Of a stretch of 64,000 nt of DNA, positions 10,522 to 20,548 are shown piece after piece. Made by a program: the position numbers and the translations under genes. Below the pieces are notes generated by a model. It was not told the origin of the DNA and did no database searches. It saw only the letters and a list, made by a program, of their open reading frames with translations. The stretch is from Vicinamibacteria bacterium (lineage in GTDB: Bacteria; Acidobacteriota; Vicinamibacteria; Marinacidobacterales; Marinacidobacteraceae). Position 1 is the stretch's first letter; each line of letters starts with the position of its first letter. Location: contig OZ219815.1 in the NCBI GenBank assembly GCA_964291235.2, positions 1,248,001-1,312,000 of the forward strand. Direction: 5' to 3'.

Positions 10522-11820
10522 CTACCGCGCCCCGATCGCCCGGAGTCCTGCCTCGAACCGGCGGACGGCCGCTTCATTCCCGGCGAACCGCCGGAGCCCG
10601 CGCCGGAGCACCCGTTCCGCGTCCGCGCGGCTCCCTCCCTCCCGAAACACCCGGGCCAGCAGCAGGTGACGCTCGGGTGCCTCCGGGAACTCGACCAGGA
10701 AGCGCTGCGCGCCCCGCAGCGCGAGTCCGAAGTCCCCGTTCGCGAGCGCGTGCGTCACGAACGCCTCGACCGGGCGATGGGCCTCGGGATGCAGCTCGGC
10801 TTCGCTCAACAGCCGCCCCGACTCGTCCGCCACCGCTTTCCGGCGCTCGAACTCGGCGAACAGCGGGGCCGCCCCCTCGCCGTCGCCCCCCCGGGCGAGC
10901 AGTTGCGCGAGTCCGAACCGCGCCTCGTTGAGCGCCGGATCCTCGTCAAGGGCGCGCCGGAACGCCGCTGCCGCTTCGCGGGGTCGTTCCCCGGCCTGGT
11001 GTGCCTTGGCAAGCGCGAGCCACGCTTCGGCATTCGCGGGTGCCGCCGCCACCACGGCTTCGAGGATCGGAAGGGCTTCTTCCATCAGGCCGCGTTGCAC
11101 CAGGATCCGGGCCAGCCGGAAAGCGGCGGGTCCAGCGGGTTCGGTGCTGCCCGCGAGCTGCCGGAGAGGCTCGAGTGCCTCGCTGCCGCGGCCCACGCTG
11201 TCGAGGAGCTCGGCGTGGAGCAAAACGGCGGCGGGGGCGGCGGGGGCCACCCGCAGCAGCGCCTCTACGAGAGCAAACGCCTCGTCGGTTCGCCGCGCCC
11301 GGGCCAGGATAACGGCTCTCCCGTGGATCGCCGCCGAGTCTTCGGGGTGCCGTTCGAAACGCGCGAGCGCGAGTTCGTGCGAGTGCAGCTCGGCCAGCAG
11401 GCGCCCGGCCTCGATATCCGGGGACGGATCCTCGGGAGACCGCTCGCTTGCCGCCCGGTCGAAGGCCTCGAGCGCGTCGAGGGGCCGGAGACCCCGCCGC
11501 CGCAGCACCCCGGCGGCGAGCCACCCGTCCGGGCCGAGCTCGTCGGCCGCGGCTGCCAGGGCGTCCATGACCTCCGGGGTCGGCGCCGCCCCGCGCGCTA
11601 TTTCCCAGAGCAGTCGGCTCCCGTCGAACGAGTCCGGATCGGCCGCGAATTCCTGGACCAGGAGCGGAACGGCCAGCGCCGCCCGGCCTTCGGCCAACAG
11701 ACGCCGGCCCTCGGCCAGAAGTCGCCGCACCTCGGTGAGGGACTGCGCCGCCGCCGGCTCCGGACCCGGGACCGCTGCCGTGAGCAGAACGAGGACCAAC
11801 CCCAGGAAACTACGAGTCAT
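10522..11820 (-). CDS. Exported tetratricopeptide-repeat protein
   Basis: Signal peptide (..PAAAQ); TPR helices such as PANAEAWLALAKA and DPALNEARFGLAQ. Confidence 0.85.
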   Translation of the reverse strand: MTRSFLGLVLVLLTAAVPGPEPAAAQSLTEVRRLLAEGRRLLAEGRAALAVPLLVQEFAADPDSFDGSRLLWEIARGAAPTPEVMDALAAAADELGPDGWLAAGVLRRRGLRPLDALEAFDRAASERSPEDPSPDIEAGRLLAELHSHELALARFERHPEDSAAIHGRAVILARARRTDEAFALVEALLRVAPAAPAAVLLHAELLDSVGRGSEALEPLRQLAGSTEPAGPAAFRLARILVQRGLMEEALPILEAVVAAAPANAEAWLALAKAHQAGERPREAAAAFRRALDEDPALNEARFGLAQLLARGGDGEGAAPLFAEFERRKAVADESGRLLSEAELHPEAHRPVEAFVTHALANGDFGLALRGAQRFLVEFPEAPERHLLLARVFREGGSRADAERVLRRGLRRFAGNEAAVRRFEAGLRAIGAR

Positions 11821-12128
11821 TGGACTTCCCGTCCCAAAAAATCGGAATTCCGGACCGGCACGCCCTGGAGGTGCTGGCGGCTCTTGTCATAACTCGTTGA
11901 AATGATTTACCTTATCTCTCTTGCATTCCAGCCCTGAGGTGTGTACTAGGAGGGAATAGACCTTGCGTGATACCTTCCTTCGAATTGATCCCTTCTATTT
12001 TCCGGCCGAATGCGCGCTCAGGATCCGCCTCACGGGGCGGCGGCGTCCGACTACCGCGCATTCTCTCCGGTGCCGCCAATTGGCAGCCCGGCTCCGGATT
12101 TCCGATCCGCCTCGTGAGGAGGTTCTCC

Positions 12129-14987
12129 ATGCGTAAGACCGCAATTCTGGTCGCGCTCGCGCTTCTTGCGGTCGTCCCGGCGTTTGCTCAGCAGACCGGG
12201 ACGGTCACCGGGACCGCGGCCGATGAACAGGGGGCCGTGCTGCCCGGCGTGACCGTTACGGTCGACAGCGCCGCGCTGATCACGCCCCGCAGCACCACCA
12301 CGGGTGCCGGCGGCTCCTACAGCCATCCTGCGCTCCCGCCTGGCGACTACACCGTCACCTTCGCTCTTTCCGGCTTCCAGACCGTCGTCCAGGAAGGCGT
12401 CCGGGTCAGTGTGGCTCGCACCCTCGAGGTGAACGCCTCCATGGGAATTTCCGGGGTTGAAGAAACCGTGACGGTTACCGGCGATGCGCCGGTCGTCGAT
12501 GTCCGCAGCGCCACCGTGCAGACGAACATCGAGCGCGAACTGCTCGAAGCCGTCCCCACGGGACGGAACCCGTGGGTCATGGCCGGCATGGTGCCGGGCA
12601 TGGTGACGGGCCGGATGGATGTCGGCGGCAGCAACGGCATGCAGCAGTACAGCATGGAGATCTTCGGCTCCTCCGCGAGCATGCAGAGCTTCAATGTGGA
12701 TGGCCTCAAGGTGAACTGGCCCGGCGGCGACGGCGGCTGGACCATGCAGTACTACGGCTTTTCGATGTACGAGGAGTTCAACTTCCAGACCTCGACGCAC
12801 TCGGCGGAGTCGGACACCGGCGGTGTCATGATGAACATGGTCGTGAAGTCCGGCGGGAACGAGTTCTCCGGCGATGCGATCGCGCTCTACAACGCCACGA
12901 ACTTGCAGGGGGAGCCCGTGGAAACGGGAGCCAACCCGATCACCCGGGGCATCGACATCAACGGCACTCTCGGGGGTCCCATCGTGCGCGACAAGGCGTG
13001 GTTCTTCACCGCCTACCGGCACTGGATCCACGATCAGGAGGTCGCTACACCTGCCGACTACGTGGGCGCGCAGCCGATCGACGACAACCGGATCCGGAAC
13101 CTGAGCGGGAAGTTCACCTGGCAGGCCAGCGAAAACGACCGGATCGCCGTGACGCTCCAGCGCAACTGGAAGCAGCGCTTCCACCGCCGCGATGCACCCT
13201 ACCGGGCAGTCCCGGATCAATTGGCTCGTTTCCAGGACCAGTGGGCCGACAACTACATCGGTTCCTACAACCGGGTGATTGGCGACACTGCGCTTCTCGA
13301 CCTCCGTTTCGGCAAGATGACCGGCGTAACCCCGTACATCCTCTATTCGGAGTACTGCGGAACCCCGGTGGATGAGTATCCGGATGCCCGCCCCTGCACC
13401 GAAAACGACATCTCGGTCATCGACCCGGTCCGGCTCGAAATGTTCAACGCCGACCGGCGCGGCGAGTTCTGGGGTCCCAACCACCGGAATCAGTTCAACG
13501 GTTCACTGACCTACTACCTCGACACCGCGTCCGGGTCGCACAACTTCAAGGTCGGCGGGCAGGCGTCGCGCGAGTACGCCGAGTCACGTTCCTTCAAGAG
13601 TGGCGACGCTTACGGAGAACTGAGTGACGGCGTTCCGAGCCGGATCAACATCTCCCGGACTCCGCAAACGTCGCACACCCGGCTGAACACCTGGGCGTTC
13701 TACGCGCAGGATGCCTGGACCATTGGCGACCGGCTGACGCTGAACCTTGGCGTCCGCCTCGACGGGATCTACGGCTACGTCCCGGTGCAGAGCAGTCCGG
13801 CGGGAACCTGGACGGCGCTATCGGAACAGCTTGCCGGCGATGCCTTCTCGGTGACCTCGGAAATCGGCGGCCTTCCGGACTGGCCCATGAACATCGGACC
13901 GCGGCTGAGCTTCGCCTACGACCTCTTTGGCGACGGCCGCGCCGCCGTGAAGGGCGGCTGGGGCCGCTACTACACCCAGACGGGTAGCGCCCTTCCGGGC
14001 AGTGCGAACCCGAACGCCGGCGCCTCGGCCTGGGTCGGCTGGAACGATCTTGACGGCGACAAGCTGGTGGACCTCGGTCCCTCGGGCACCCTCGCGGACA
14101 GCCCCGAAATCGACCTCAGCAAGTTCGAGGGTTTCACCGGCGGCGCCAGCACGGTGTACGACAAGGATGCCAATCGGCCCTACAGCGATGACATTTCGCT
14201 CGGCGTCGATATGACCATCGGGACCGACGTCTCGTTCAGCGCCACCTACCACCGCCGCCATCACCGGGACTCGCTCGGCAGGCTGAACCAGGCGCGGCCG
14301 GCTTCGGCCTATACCCTGACCAGCTTCGAGTGCGCGACCTGTCCGCAGGCGAGCTACGAAGTGTACGAGTTGCAGGAGGCCTACCGGGGTCTTCAGGACA
14401 GCATCGTCACGAGCGTGCCCTTCCTGAAGAGCGACTACAACGGGGTCGCCTTCCAGCTCCAGAAGCGGCTCTCGAACAACTGGCAGATCCTCGGTGGCGC
14501 GACCTTCTCGAGCCACAAGGGAGTGGTCCACAGTCCGCCGCGGGACGGGACCGACTGGAACAACCCGAACCGTCTGATCAACCGTGAGAACGGTTCGGTG
14601 CTGACCGACCTCCCGTGGGTGGTGAACTTCGCCGGCAGCTATCACGCGCCCTGGGATGTCCAGCTCGGCTGGAACTACCGGGCGCGCGCGGGGAACCCGC
14701 TGGTCGCGACTGCGCGGGCCACCGGCCTCGTGCAGGGTTCGGAATCCATCTATGCGTATGAACGCGGTGAGGAGCGCACCGATTCGATCACCTCGCTGCT
14801 CGACTTCAACGTGCGCAAGATGGTGGATCTCGGCGATGCGCGCTTCGAGGTCGGCGTGGACGCTGGCAACATCTTCAACTCGCAGCCTGCAGAGTCGCTG
14901 AACACGACTTTCGGGTCGCGGTACCTGTCGCCGACACGCAGCCTCACGCCGCGGATCGTCCGCTTCACCGTGAAGCTGTTGTTCTGA
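12129..14987 (+). CDS. TonB-dependent receptor, Oar-like, with carboxypeptidase regulatory-like N-terminal domain
   Basis: RBS GAGGAGG; signal peptide AFA-Q; GTVTG..D..GAVLPGVTVTV, LPPGDYTVTF, QDAWTIGDRLTLNLGVR, C-terminal F. Confidence 0.92.
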   Translation: MRKTAILVALALLAVVPAFAQQTGTVTGTAADEQGAVLPGVTVTVDSAALITPRSTTTGAGGSYSHPALPPGDYTVTFALSGFQTVVQEGVRVSVARTLEVNASMGISGVEETVTVTGDAPVVDVRSATVQTNIERELLEAVPTGRNPWVMAGMVPGMVTGRMDVGGSNGMQQYSMEIFGSSASMQSFNVDGLKVNWPGGDGGWTMQYYGFSMYEEFNFQTSTHSAESDTGGVMMNMVVKSGGNEFSGDAIALYNATNLQGEPVETGANPITRGIDINGTLGGPIVRDKAWFFTAYRHWIHDQEVATPADYVGAQPIDDNRIRNLSGKFTWQASENDRIAVTLQRNWKQRFHRRDAPYRAVPDQLARFQDQWADNYIGSYNRVIGDTALLDLRFGKMTGVTPYILYSEYCGTPVDEYPDARPCTENDISVIDPVRLEMFNADRRGEFWGPNHRNQFNGSLTYYLDTASGSHNFKVGGQASREYAESRSFKSGDAYGELSDGVPSRINISRTPQTSHTRLNTWAFYAQDAWTIGDRLTLNLGVRLDGIYGYVPVQSSPAGTWTALSEQLAGDAFSVTSEIGGLPDWPMNIGPRLSFAYDLFGDGRAAVKGGWGRYYTQTGSALPGSANPNAGASAWVGWNDLDGDKLVDLGPSGTLADSPEIDLSKFEGFTGGASTVYDKDANRPYSDDISLGVDMTIGTDVSFSATYHRRHHRDSLGRLNQARPASAYTLTSFECATCPQASYEVYELQEAYRGLQDSIVTSVPFLKSDYNGVAFQLQKRLSNNWQILGGATFSSHKGVVHSPPRDGTDWNNPNRLINRENGSVLTDLPWVVNFAGSYHAPWDVQLGWNYRARAGNPLVATARATGLVQGSESIYAYERGEERTDSITSLLDFNVRKMVDLGDARFEVGVDAGNIFNSQPAESLNTTFGSRYLSPTRSLTPRIVRFTVKLLF

Positions 14988-15002
14988 TCTGACCCTTCCC
15001 AA

Positions 15003-15080
15003 CCGGCGGGCGCCTCGGCGTCCGCCGGACGGGATCTGCGGGCGGGGGAGCCTCTCCGGAGGCTCCCCCGTCTTGCGTTT
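15003..15080 (+). terminator. Tandem hairpins / intrinsic terminator after the TonB receptor
   Basis: Hairpin ccggcgggcgc..gcgtccgccgg, then 12-bp stem cgggggagcctc-tccg-gaggctcccccg followed by tcttgcgttt. Confidence 0.8.
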
Positions 15081-15152
15081 ATGGCCAGGGCGCATCCTTC
15101 AATAGACGGCGTGCCAGCGAGCTGTCACGGCCCTCACGCGTACCATGTATTG

Positions 15153-15593
15153 ATGAAGAGGATGAAGGCGTTCGCCACGGTCGTCGCGTTCGCGGTGTTC
15201 CTGTCCGTTCCGGCCCAGCTCGCAGCGCAGCAGACGAATCCGAACAACCGGAAGGAACTGGAGCGCATCGGCTTGGTCCTGACCGGCGCCGGGCTGGTGT
15301 TGATCGGCGCCGCGGCCCTGCGCGGTGACTGGGAAACGCGCCTCTGTCCCCAGGCAGGGCAGTCGTGGCAGGAAGTCACGTCCTACGACCGCGATCTCTG
15401 CGCCACGCTCCTGAACGAGCAACTGGAACACCTGAAGGCGAAACCTGATTGGACGCTGACCGCGATGGGCAGCGCCGCCGCCACGATCGGTCTCTTTACC
15501 TACTTCCTTGCCCGGCGCTATTCCAGGGCGCCGGACGTGTCGATCCGGGTGACGCCCACCGGAGCCATGATCACCCACACCATCTCGTTCTAG
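15153..15593 (+). CDS. Hypothetical exported/membrane protein
   Basis: Signal peptide, two hydrophobic segments, C-terminal beta-like end in F. Confidence 0.6.
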   Translation: MKRMKAFATVVAFAVFLSVPAQLAAQQTNPNNRKELERIGLVLTGAGLVLIGAAALRGDWETRLCPQAGQSWQEVTSYDRDLCATLLNEQLEHLKAKPDWTLTAMGSAAATIGLFTYFLARRYSRAPDVSIRVTPTGAMITHTISF

Positions 15594-15714
15594 TGGACCG
15601 TATCGGGAGCCGGCCGACCGGAACCGGCTGCGGTGCGTGATCGGCGAAGGTCCCGGCCTTCCCTGGCCGCGCTGACGAATCGGAGTGACATACTCGAATC
15701 GGGAGCGTGAGCCG

Positions 15715-16623
15715 ATGGTTTTGACGAAGCGTTTGCTTCTGGCTGGATACATCTCTCTGGTCGCGTCATTCGGGTGTGTCGGCGGCGAAGAACCCGAACG
15801 CTCCCCTGATGCGGCGATCCGGGCCGAGGTGGAGGCGATGGCCGACGACTTCGTGAACCTCCGGAGGCTCACCGGTTTCGTCCACGAGATGCCGCTCGCC
15901 GAGGCGTATCGCTGGCAGGACGAGCTGATCGAGATCCTGCCGATGGGAGAGGTCGTCGGTTACAAGACCGGCGGCCACGATCCCAATCCTCCCAACCCGA
16001 GTTTTCCGCCCGGCGGCATCCGCGCGCACCTCCTCTCCGGCATGTTCCGGGACGGCCCCTCGATCCGGGTGGATGAGACCGCTGCCGGGTTTCTGGAAGC
16101 CGATTTCGCTTTCCGGGTTGGCGACGCCTCCATCAACACCGCCGAAACCGATCTCGAGATCCTGGCCGGGCTGGATGCCGTGATCCCGTTTGCGGAGATT
16201 CCCGATCCCTACTACGACCCGGAAACGGCGACGGTGAACCGGATGGTCGTGTCCAACATGATCTCCCGGTGGGCGTTCGCCGGGGAACCGGTCCCGATCG
16301 AGGCGACCGAGGCGTGGCTCGCCCGCGTGCGTTCCTTTGATTTCGCGGTACTGGACGAAAACGACACGGTCATCCAGACGGGCTCCATGGCCGAGTGGTA
16401 CGACCCGATCGCCGCAGTGAGGTGGCTGCGCGACCAGCTCCGCGACTCGGGAAAGGAACTGGCGCCCGGCCATCTCCTCTCCCTCGGGAACGTCGGCATC
16501 ATGCGCCAGATCCACGAGGGCTCCCCCCGGGGTCCGGCCTACGCGAGTGACCAGTTCCGGCTGGAGTACTACGGGCTGAGCGAAGACGGACCGGCGACGG
16601 TCGCGATCAACATCGTCCGCTGA
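15715..16623 (+). CDS. 2-keto-4-pentenoate hydratase-like (FAH superfamily) predicted lipoprotein
   Basis: VVGYKTG, FLEADFAFRV, FAEIPD, LAPGHLLSLG; N-terminal LVASFG-C lipobox. Confidence 0.7.
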   Translation: MVLTKRLLLAGYISLVASFGCVGGEEPERSPDAAIRAEVEAMADDFVNLRRLTGFVHEMPLAEAYRWQDELIEILPMGEVVGYKTGGHDPNPPNPSFPPGGIRAHLLSGMFRDGPSIRVDETAAGFLEADFAFRVGDASINTAETDLEILAGLDAVIPFAEIPDPYYDPETATVNRMVVSNMISRWAFAGEPVPIEATEAWLARVRSFDFAVLDENDTVIQTGSMAEWYDPIAAVRWLRDQLRDSGKELAPGHLLSLGNVGIMRQIHEGSPRGPAYASDQFRLEYYGLSEDGPATVAINIVR

Positions 16624-17827
16624 CCGCCGGCTCCGCGGCGGCGCCGGCACGCGGGAGCAGCAGTACCGCGGCGAAGATGCCGCTCGCTGCGACCGCCATC
16701 ACGAGGAAGAGCGCGTCGAAGCCCCACCCCGCGTGGATTCCCGCGATGACCGGCAGGGTGGAAGCCATCACCGAAAAGGTCACCACGTAGCGAACGGCAT
16801 AGACGCGGCTCCGCCACTCGCTCGTCGTGATGCGGCTCACCAGAACGTCGTTGATCGGGATCTGCCCGAAGACGACGAACATGAAGGCGGCCGCCAAAAT
16901 CAGGGCGGCCGCGCCGGTGAGCTGGATCATGAGCGCGAAGAACACGGCCTGTAGTCCTGCTATGGACGCGAACACCAGGCGGAGCGAGTGTCGATCGACG
17001 AGATACCCGACCACGAGCTGAGCCAGCGCCCCAAACGCGAACACGAGGGCCGCATAGCTCCCGACCGCGGTGGCGGAGCCGGCGAGCTCGGTGAGGCGTT
17101 CGTCAAGGATCTTGGGCAGCGCGAACGTGGTGCTTTGGTAGATCAGGCCGCCGACACCAGTCGTGAAGATGATGACCGCCAGGACGCGTACGAACGTCGC
17201 GCGACCGATGGAGGACGCTCCGGCCGCGGTCCGCGGCGCGGTGCCGGCGCCATCCCGAAACGTGCTCCGAGCGCCACGCCCGGTCCACACGAAGGCCGCG
17301 TACGCGGCTCCGAGGCCGATGGAAAGGGCGCCGGGCAGGACGAACGCGTCGCGCCAGCCCCCGGTGTCGATGAGATGGCCCGTCAGCAACGCGGCGGCCG
17401 CCACCCCCAGGTTGCCGAACACGCCGTTGACCGCGAGCGCGACGCCGGTCCGCTCCCGTCCCTCGACCACCATCGCGAGTCCGACCGGGTGGTAGATCGC
17501 GGCGAACACGCCGATCGCGAGCAGTCCGAGTGCAATTTCGGCCGGCGAAGTCGCCAGCGCCGTCAGGATCGAGCTGGCGCCGATGCCGATGAAGAACAAG
17601 ACCAGCATCCCTTCCCGGCTCCACCGGTCCGCGATCCAGCCGGCCGGAATGGAACAGATCCCGAAGGCGACGAAACCCGGCATGGCGTAGGGGATGAGCG
17701 CGGCGTAGCTCATCCCCCATTCCTCGGTAAGCCGCAGGGCCGCCACCGTCGCAAAGATCAGCATGAAGAGGTGATCGAGGAAGTGCCCGACCCCCAGGAA
17801 CAGGAAGTTCAGGCGTTCCCGTGACAT
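16607..17827 (-). CDS. MFS transporter
   Basis: About 12 TM segments; GWIADRWSR and GYLVDRHS motif-A repeats. Confidence 0.92.
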   Translation of the reverse strand: MSRERLNFLFLGVGHFLDHLFMLIFATVAALRLTEEWGMSYAALIPYAMPGFVAFGICSIPAGWIADRWSREGMLVLFFIGIGASSILTALATSPAEIALGLLAIGVFAAIYHPVGLAMVVEGRERTGVALAVNGVFGNLGVAAAALLTGHLIDTGGWRDAFVLPGALSIGLGAAYAAFVWTGRGARSTFRDGAGTAPRTAAGASSIGRATFVRVLAVIIFTTGVGGLIYQSTTFALPKILDERLTELAGSATAVGSYAALVFAFGALAQLVVGYLVDRHSLRLVFASIAGLQAVFFALMIQLTGAAALILAAAFMFVVFGQIPINDVLVSRITTSEWRSRVYAVRYVVTFSVMASTLPVIAGIHAGWGFDALFLVMAVAASGIFAAVLLLPRAGAAAEPAVSGRC

Positions 17828-17890
17828 GTCACTCCTCGGTCGCGCGGCGGAGGCGGGAGGGGCCCGAAGGACGGGCCGGCCGCCCCTGGA

Positions 17891-19339
17891 TCAGCGTTGC
17901 GGCGCGGGCGGTGTGCCGGGATCGGGCGGGGTGTGTTGCAGCACGCCCTCCTCGCGCATGAACGCTTCGATCTCGTCCACCGTGCGGGGCATGAAGTCGG
18001 TGAAGTTCTCGACCCCGTTTTCGGTGATCGCGACGATGTCCTCCATCCGGACATAGAGCCGTTCGTCGTGGACCCACAACATGGGGTCCACCGAGAAGAC
18101 GAGGCCGCTTTCGAAGGGTCGGCCCCGGTAGCTCCCCACGTCGTGAACCGCCAGTCCGGTCGGGTGGGAGAGGTGGCCCCGGAAGGACAGTGCCTCGCGC
18201 GCGGCCTGCTCGTGCAGCGGGTTCGTGAACTCGAGTTCATCGATAACGGGCGCCATTTCCTCGGCGGCGGCGTCCATCACCTGGTCCGGGGTGACGCCGG
18301 GCTGGAGCCGCGAAAGCAGCGCTTCGTTGTACCGCACGATGAATGTATAGAGCTTCCGCTGTTCCTCGGTGAAGACGCCGTTGATGGGCCACATGCGGGC
18401 GATGTCACTGGTGTAGTAGCGGTAGTCGGGGGCGTGATCCATCAGGATCAGTTCCCCGTCCTTCAGTTCGGCGTCGTTACGGTAGTAGTGCCCGAAGTAG
18501 GCGTTCGTTCCGGTTGCGGTGATGGAACGGTAGCCCTCACCCTGGGCGCCGTTGATCCGGTAAACGTAGTACGCGGCGGCGTCGAGCTGGTACTCGTAGA
18601 GGCCCGGTTCCGTGGACCGCATCGCCTCCATGATCCCCATGCCGGCCAGTTCGCTTGCCCGGCGAACCAGCGCCATTTCCCGTGGTGACTTGTGGAGCCG
18701 CATGCTGTCCACGATGGGCGTCAGGTCCGCGATCGGGAACTGCGGGAATCGCTCGCGAAGCTTGCCGACGAAGGCGCCCTCCCGGGATGCGGGGCCGTCC
18801 CAGGGGTCGGACACGTGCTGGGCGTGGCCGATCAGGTTCTCGTCCCGGCTTTGCGCCCGCCCTTCGGCGGGGCTCAGGAAGGTGTAGAGAGTCGGGGAGG
18901 GAGGCCTCAGCGCGAAGCCGAAGAGCTGGCGGGCGAGCTGGTCGATTGCGAACACGTCGTCCGCTCCGGTTGCCTGCTTCACCTCCTCGACGTCTTCGGC
19001 GCCCAGCATCCGCCCCTCTCCGCGTTCCTTCCTCGGGTCCCGGCGGGGCAGGAACAGCAGCGACCGCCGCGCCCGCCCGTCAATGAGGAGATACGAGTGC
19101 GGAACTTCGATTCCGGTCAGGTAATAGAACTCGTTGCTCTGCCGGAACACGCGGAAGCCGGGGTCGGCCGGCGCGCCCTGGATGAGGGCGAATGCCGCTT
19201 CTCCCATCGCCTCCATCACCCGAGCCCGGCGTTCGATGAACTCCTCGGCGGGAAAGTCCTTCTGGATCTTGGCGTGGTCCTGGGCCCCGGCAGTGGTAGC
19301 GGCCAGCGTGATCAGGAACGAAAGAGACAGTGTGCGCAT
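17891..19339 (-). CDS. Exported Xaa-Pro aminopeptidase family (M24B) protein
   Basis: RBS GGAGG; signal peptide; FRQSNEFYYLTG, YTSDIAR, SHPTGLAVHDVG, VRMEDIV. Confidence 0.88.
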   Translation of the reverse strand: MRTLSLSFLITLAATTAGAQDHAKIQKDFPAEEFIERRARVMEAMGEAAFALIQGAPADPGFRVFRQSNEFYYLTGIEVPHSYLLIDGRARRSLLFLPRRDPRKERGEGRMLGAEDVEEVKQATGADDVFAIDQLARQLFGFALRPPSPTLYTFLSPAEGRAQSRDENLIGHAQHVSDPWDGPASREGAFVGKLRERFPQFPIADLTPIVDSMRLHKSPREMALVRRASELAGMGIMEAMRSTEPGLYEYQLDAAAYYVYRINGAQGEGYRSITATGTNAYFGHYYRNDAELKDGELILMDHAPDYRYYTSDIARMWPINGVFTEEQRKLYTFIVRYNEALLSRLQPGVTPDQVMDAAAEEMAPVIDELEFTNPLHEQAAREALSFRGHLSHPTGLAVHDVGSYRGRPFESGLVFSVDPMLWVHDERLYVRMEDIVAITENGVENFTDFMPRTVDEIEAFMREEGVLQHTPPDPGTPPAPQR

Positions 19340-19483
19340 GTTGAGCCTCCTGGAACGATGAATCCGCGGAGAGTATTCGCGAGGGCCGCGAGCGCGAATC
19401 GAGCGGGAGTTTTGACCCCGATTTGGCGACTTCGTGGCGTTGCTTGCCGCCGGGGCTCCAGCCGAAGCGATAATGCTCCCGCC

Positions 19484-20548
19484 GTGAGCGGAGATAACCC
19501 CGAACAGTCGGCCCCGGCCCTCGATTACCGCTCCGCTGGTGTGGACATCGACGAGGCCGATCGGGCTCTGGACCGCATTCGCCCGTTGGTGGCCAGCACG
19601 CGCCGGCCCGAGGTGCTCAGCGACGTCGGGAGCTTCGGGGGTCTCTTCCGGCTGGACACCGCGGGATACCGGAGCCCGGTGCTGGTGGCGTCCACCGACG
19701 GGGTGGGAACGAAGCTGCGCGTGGCCCGCGACGCCGGTCGCCACGAAGTCCCGGGGTATGACCTCGTCTCCCACTGCGTGAACGACATCCTGGTGCAGGG
19801 GGCCGAACCGCTGTTCTTCCTGGACTACCTGGCGATGGGAAAGCTGGACACGGCAGTGGCTGAAGGCGTCGTCCGGGGGATTGCGAGCGCCTGCCGCGAA
19901 TTCGGGGTCGCGCTGCTCGGCGGAGAGACCGCGGAGATGCCCGGGTTCTACCCGGACGGTGACTACGACGTCGCGGGCACGATCGTCGGCGTCGTGGACG
20001 AGGAACACATCGTGGACGGCAGCCGGGTGGAGGCGGGAGATGTCCTGATCGGTTTCCCGTCCACCGGGTTGCACACGAACGGGTATTCCCTCGCGCGGGT
20101 GATCCTCTTCGATCGATTGGGCCTTCGCCTGGAGGACGGTCTGCCCGGCCAGGACGTTTCGGTTGCCGACGCGCTCCTTGCCACGCACCGCTGTTACCTG
20201 CCGGTGGTCCGTCCCGTCCTCCGCAGCCCGAGCCTGCGCGCGCTCGCCCACATCACGGGCGGCGGCATCAGCGACAATCTGCCTCGGGTTCTCCCGGCGG
20301 GCACCACCGCCGAGGTGGACCTTGATTCGTTCCGGCTTCCTCCACTCTTCCGGCTGCTGGCCGATGCCGGCCGGATCGCCGAGAATGAGATGCTCCGAAC
20401 ATTCAACTGCGGTGTGGGTCTCATCGCAGTGGTGTCGGCTCGTGACGAGCGAACCATTCTCGAAACCCTTTCCGGCGCCTTTCGCCTCGGCGAAGTGACC
20501 GCTGCCGCCGACCCGCCCCGCGTACGGTACCGGGGCCGCCTCCAATGA
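19484..20548 (+). CDS. purM: Phosphoribosylformylglycinamidine cyclo-ligase
   Basis: DYRSAGVDI, STDGVGTK, GGETAEMP, GLHTNGYSLAR, HITGGG, RTFNCG. Confidence 0.97.
   Translation: MSGDNPEQSAPALDYRSAGVDIDEADRALDRIRPLVASTRRPEVLSDVGSFGGLFRLDTAGYRSPVLVASTDGVGTKLRVARDAGRHEVPGYDLVSHCVNDILVQGAEPLFFLDYLAMGKLDTAVAEGVVRGIASACREFGVALLGGETAEMPGFYPDGDYDVAGTIVGVVDEEHIVDGSRVEAGDVLIGFPSTGLHTNGYSLARVILFDRLGLRLEDGLPGQDVSVADALLATHRCYLPVVRPVLRSPSLRALAHITGGGISDNLPRVLPAGTTAEVDLDSFRLPPLFRLLADAGRIAENEMLRTFNCGVGLIAVVSARDERTILETLSGAFRLGEVTAAADPPRVRYRGRLQ

Noticed and set aside
19340-20545. 884-aa minus ORF as a fusion protein, and the 618-aa extension of purM
   Set aside because: Extensions are antisense shadows of the neighbouring genes; real starts are 19339 (RBS + signal peptide) and 19484.
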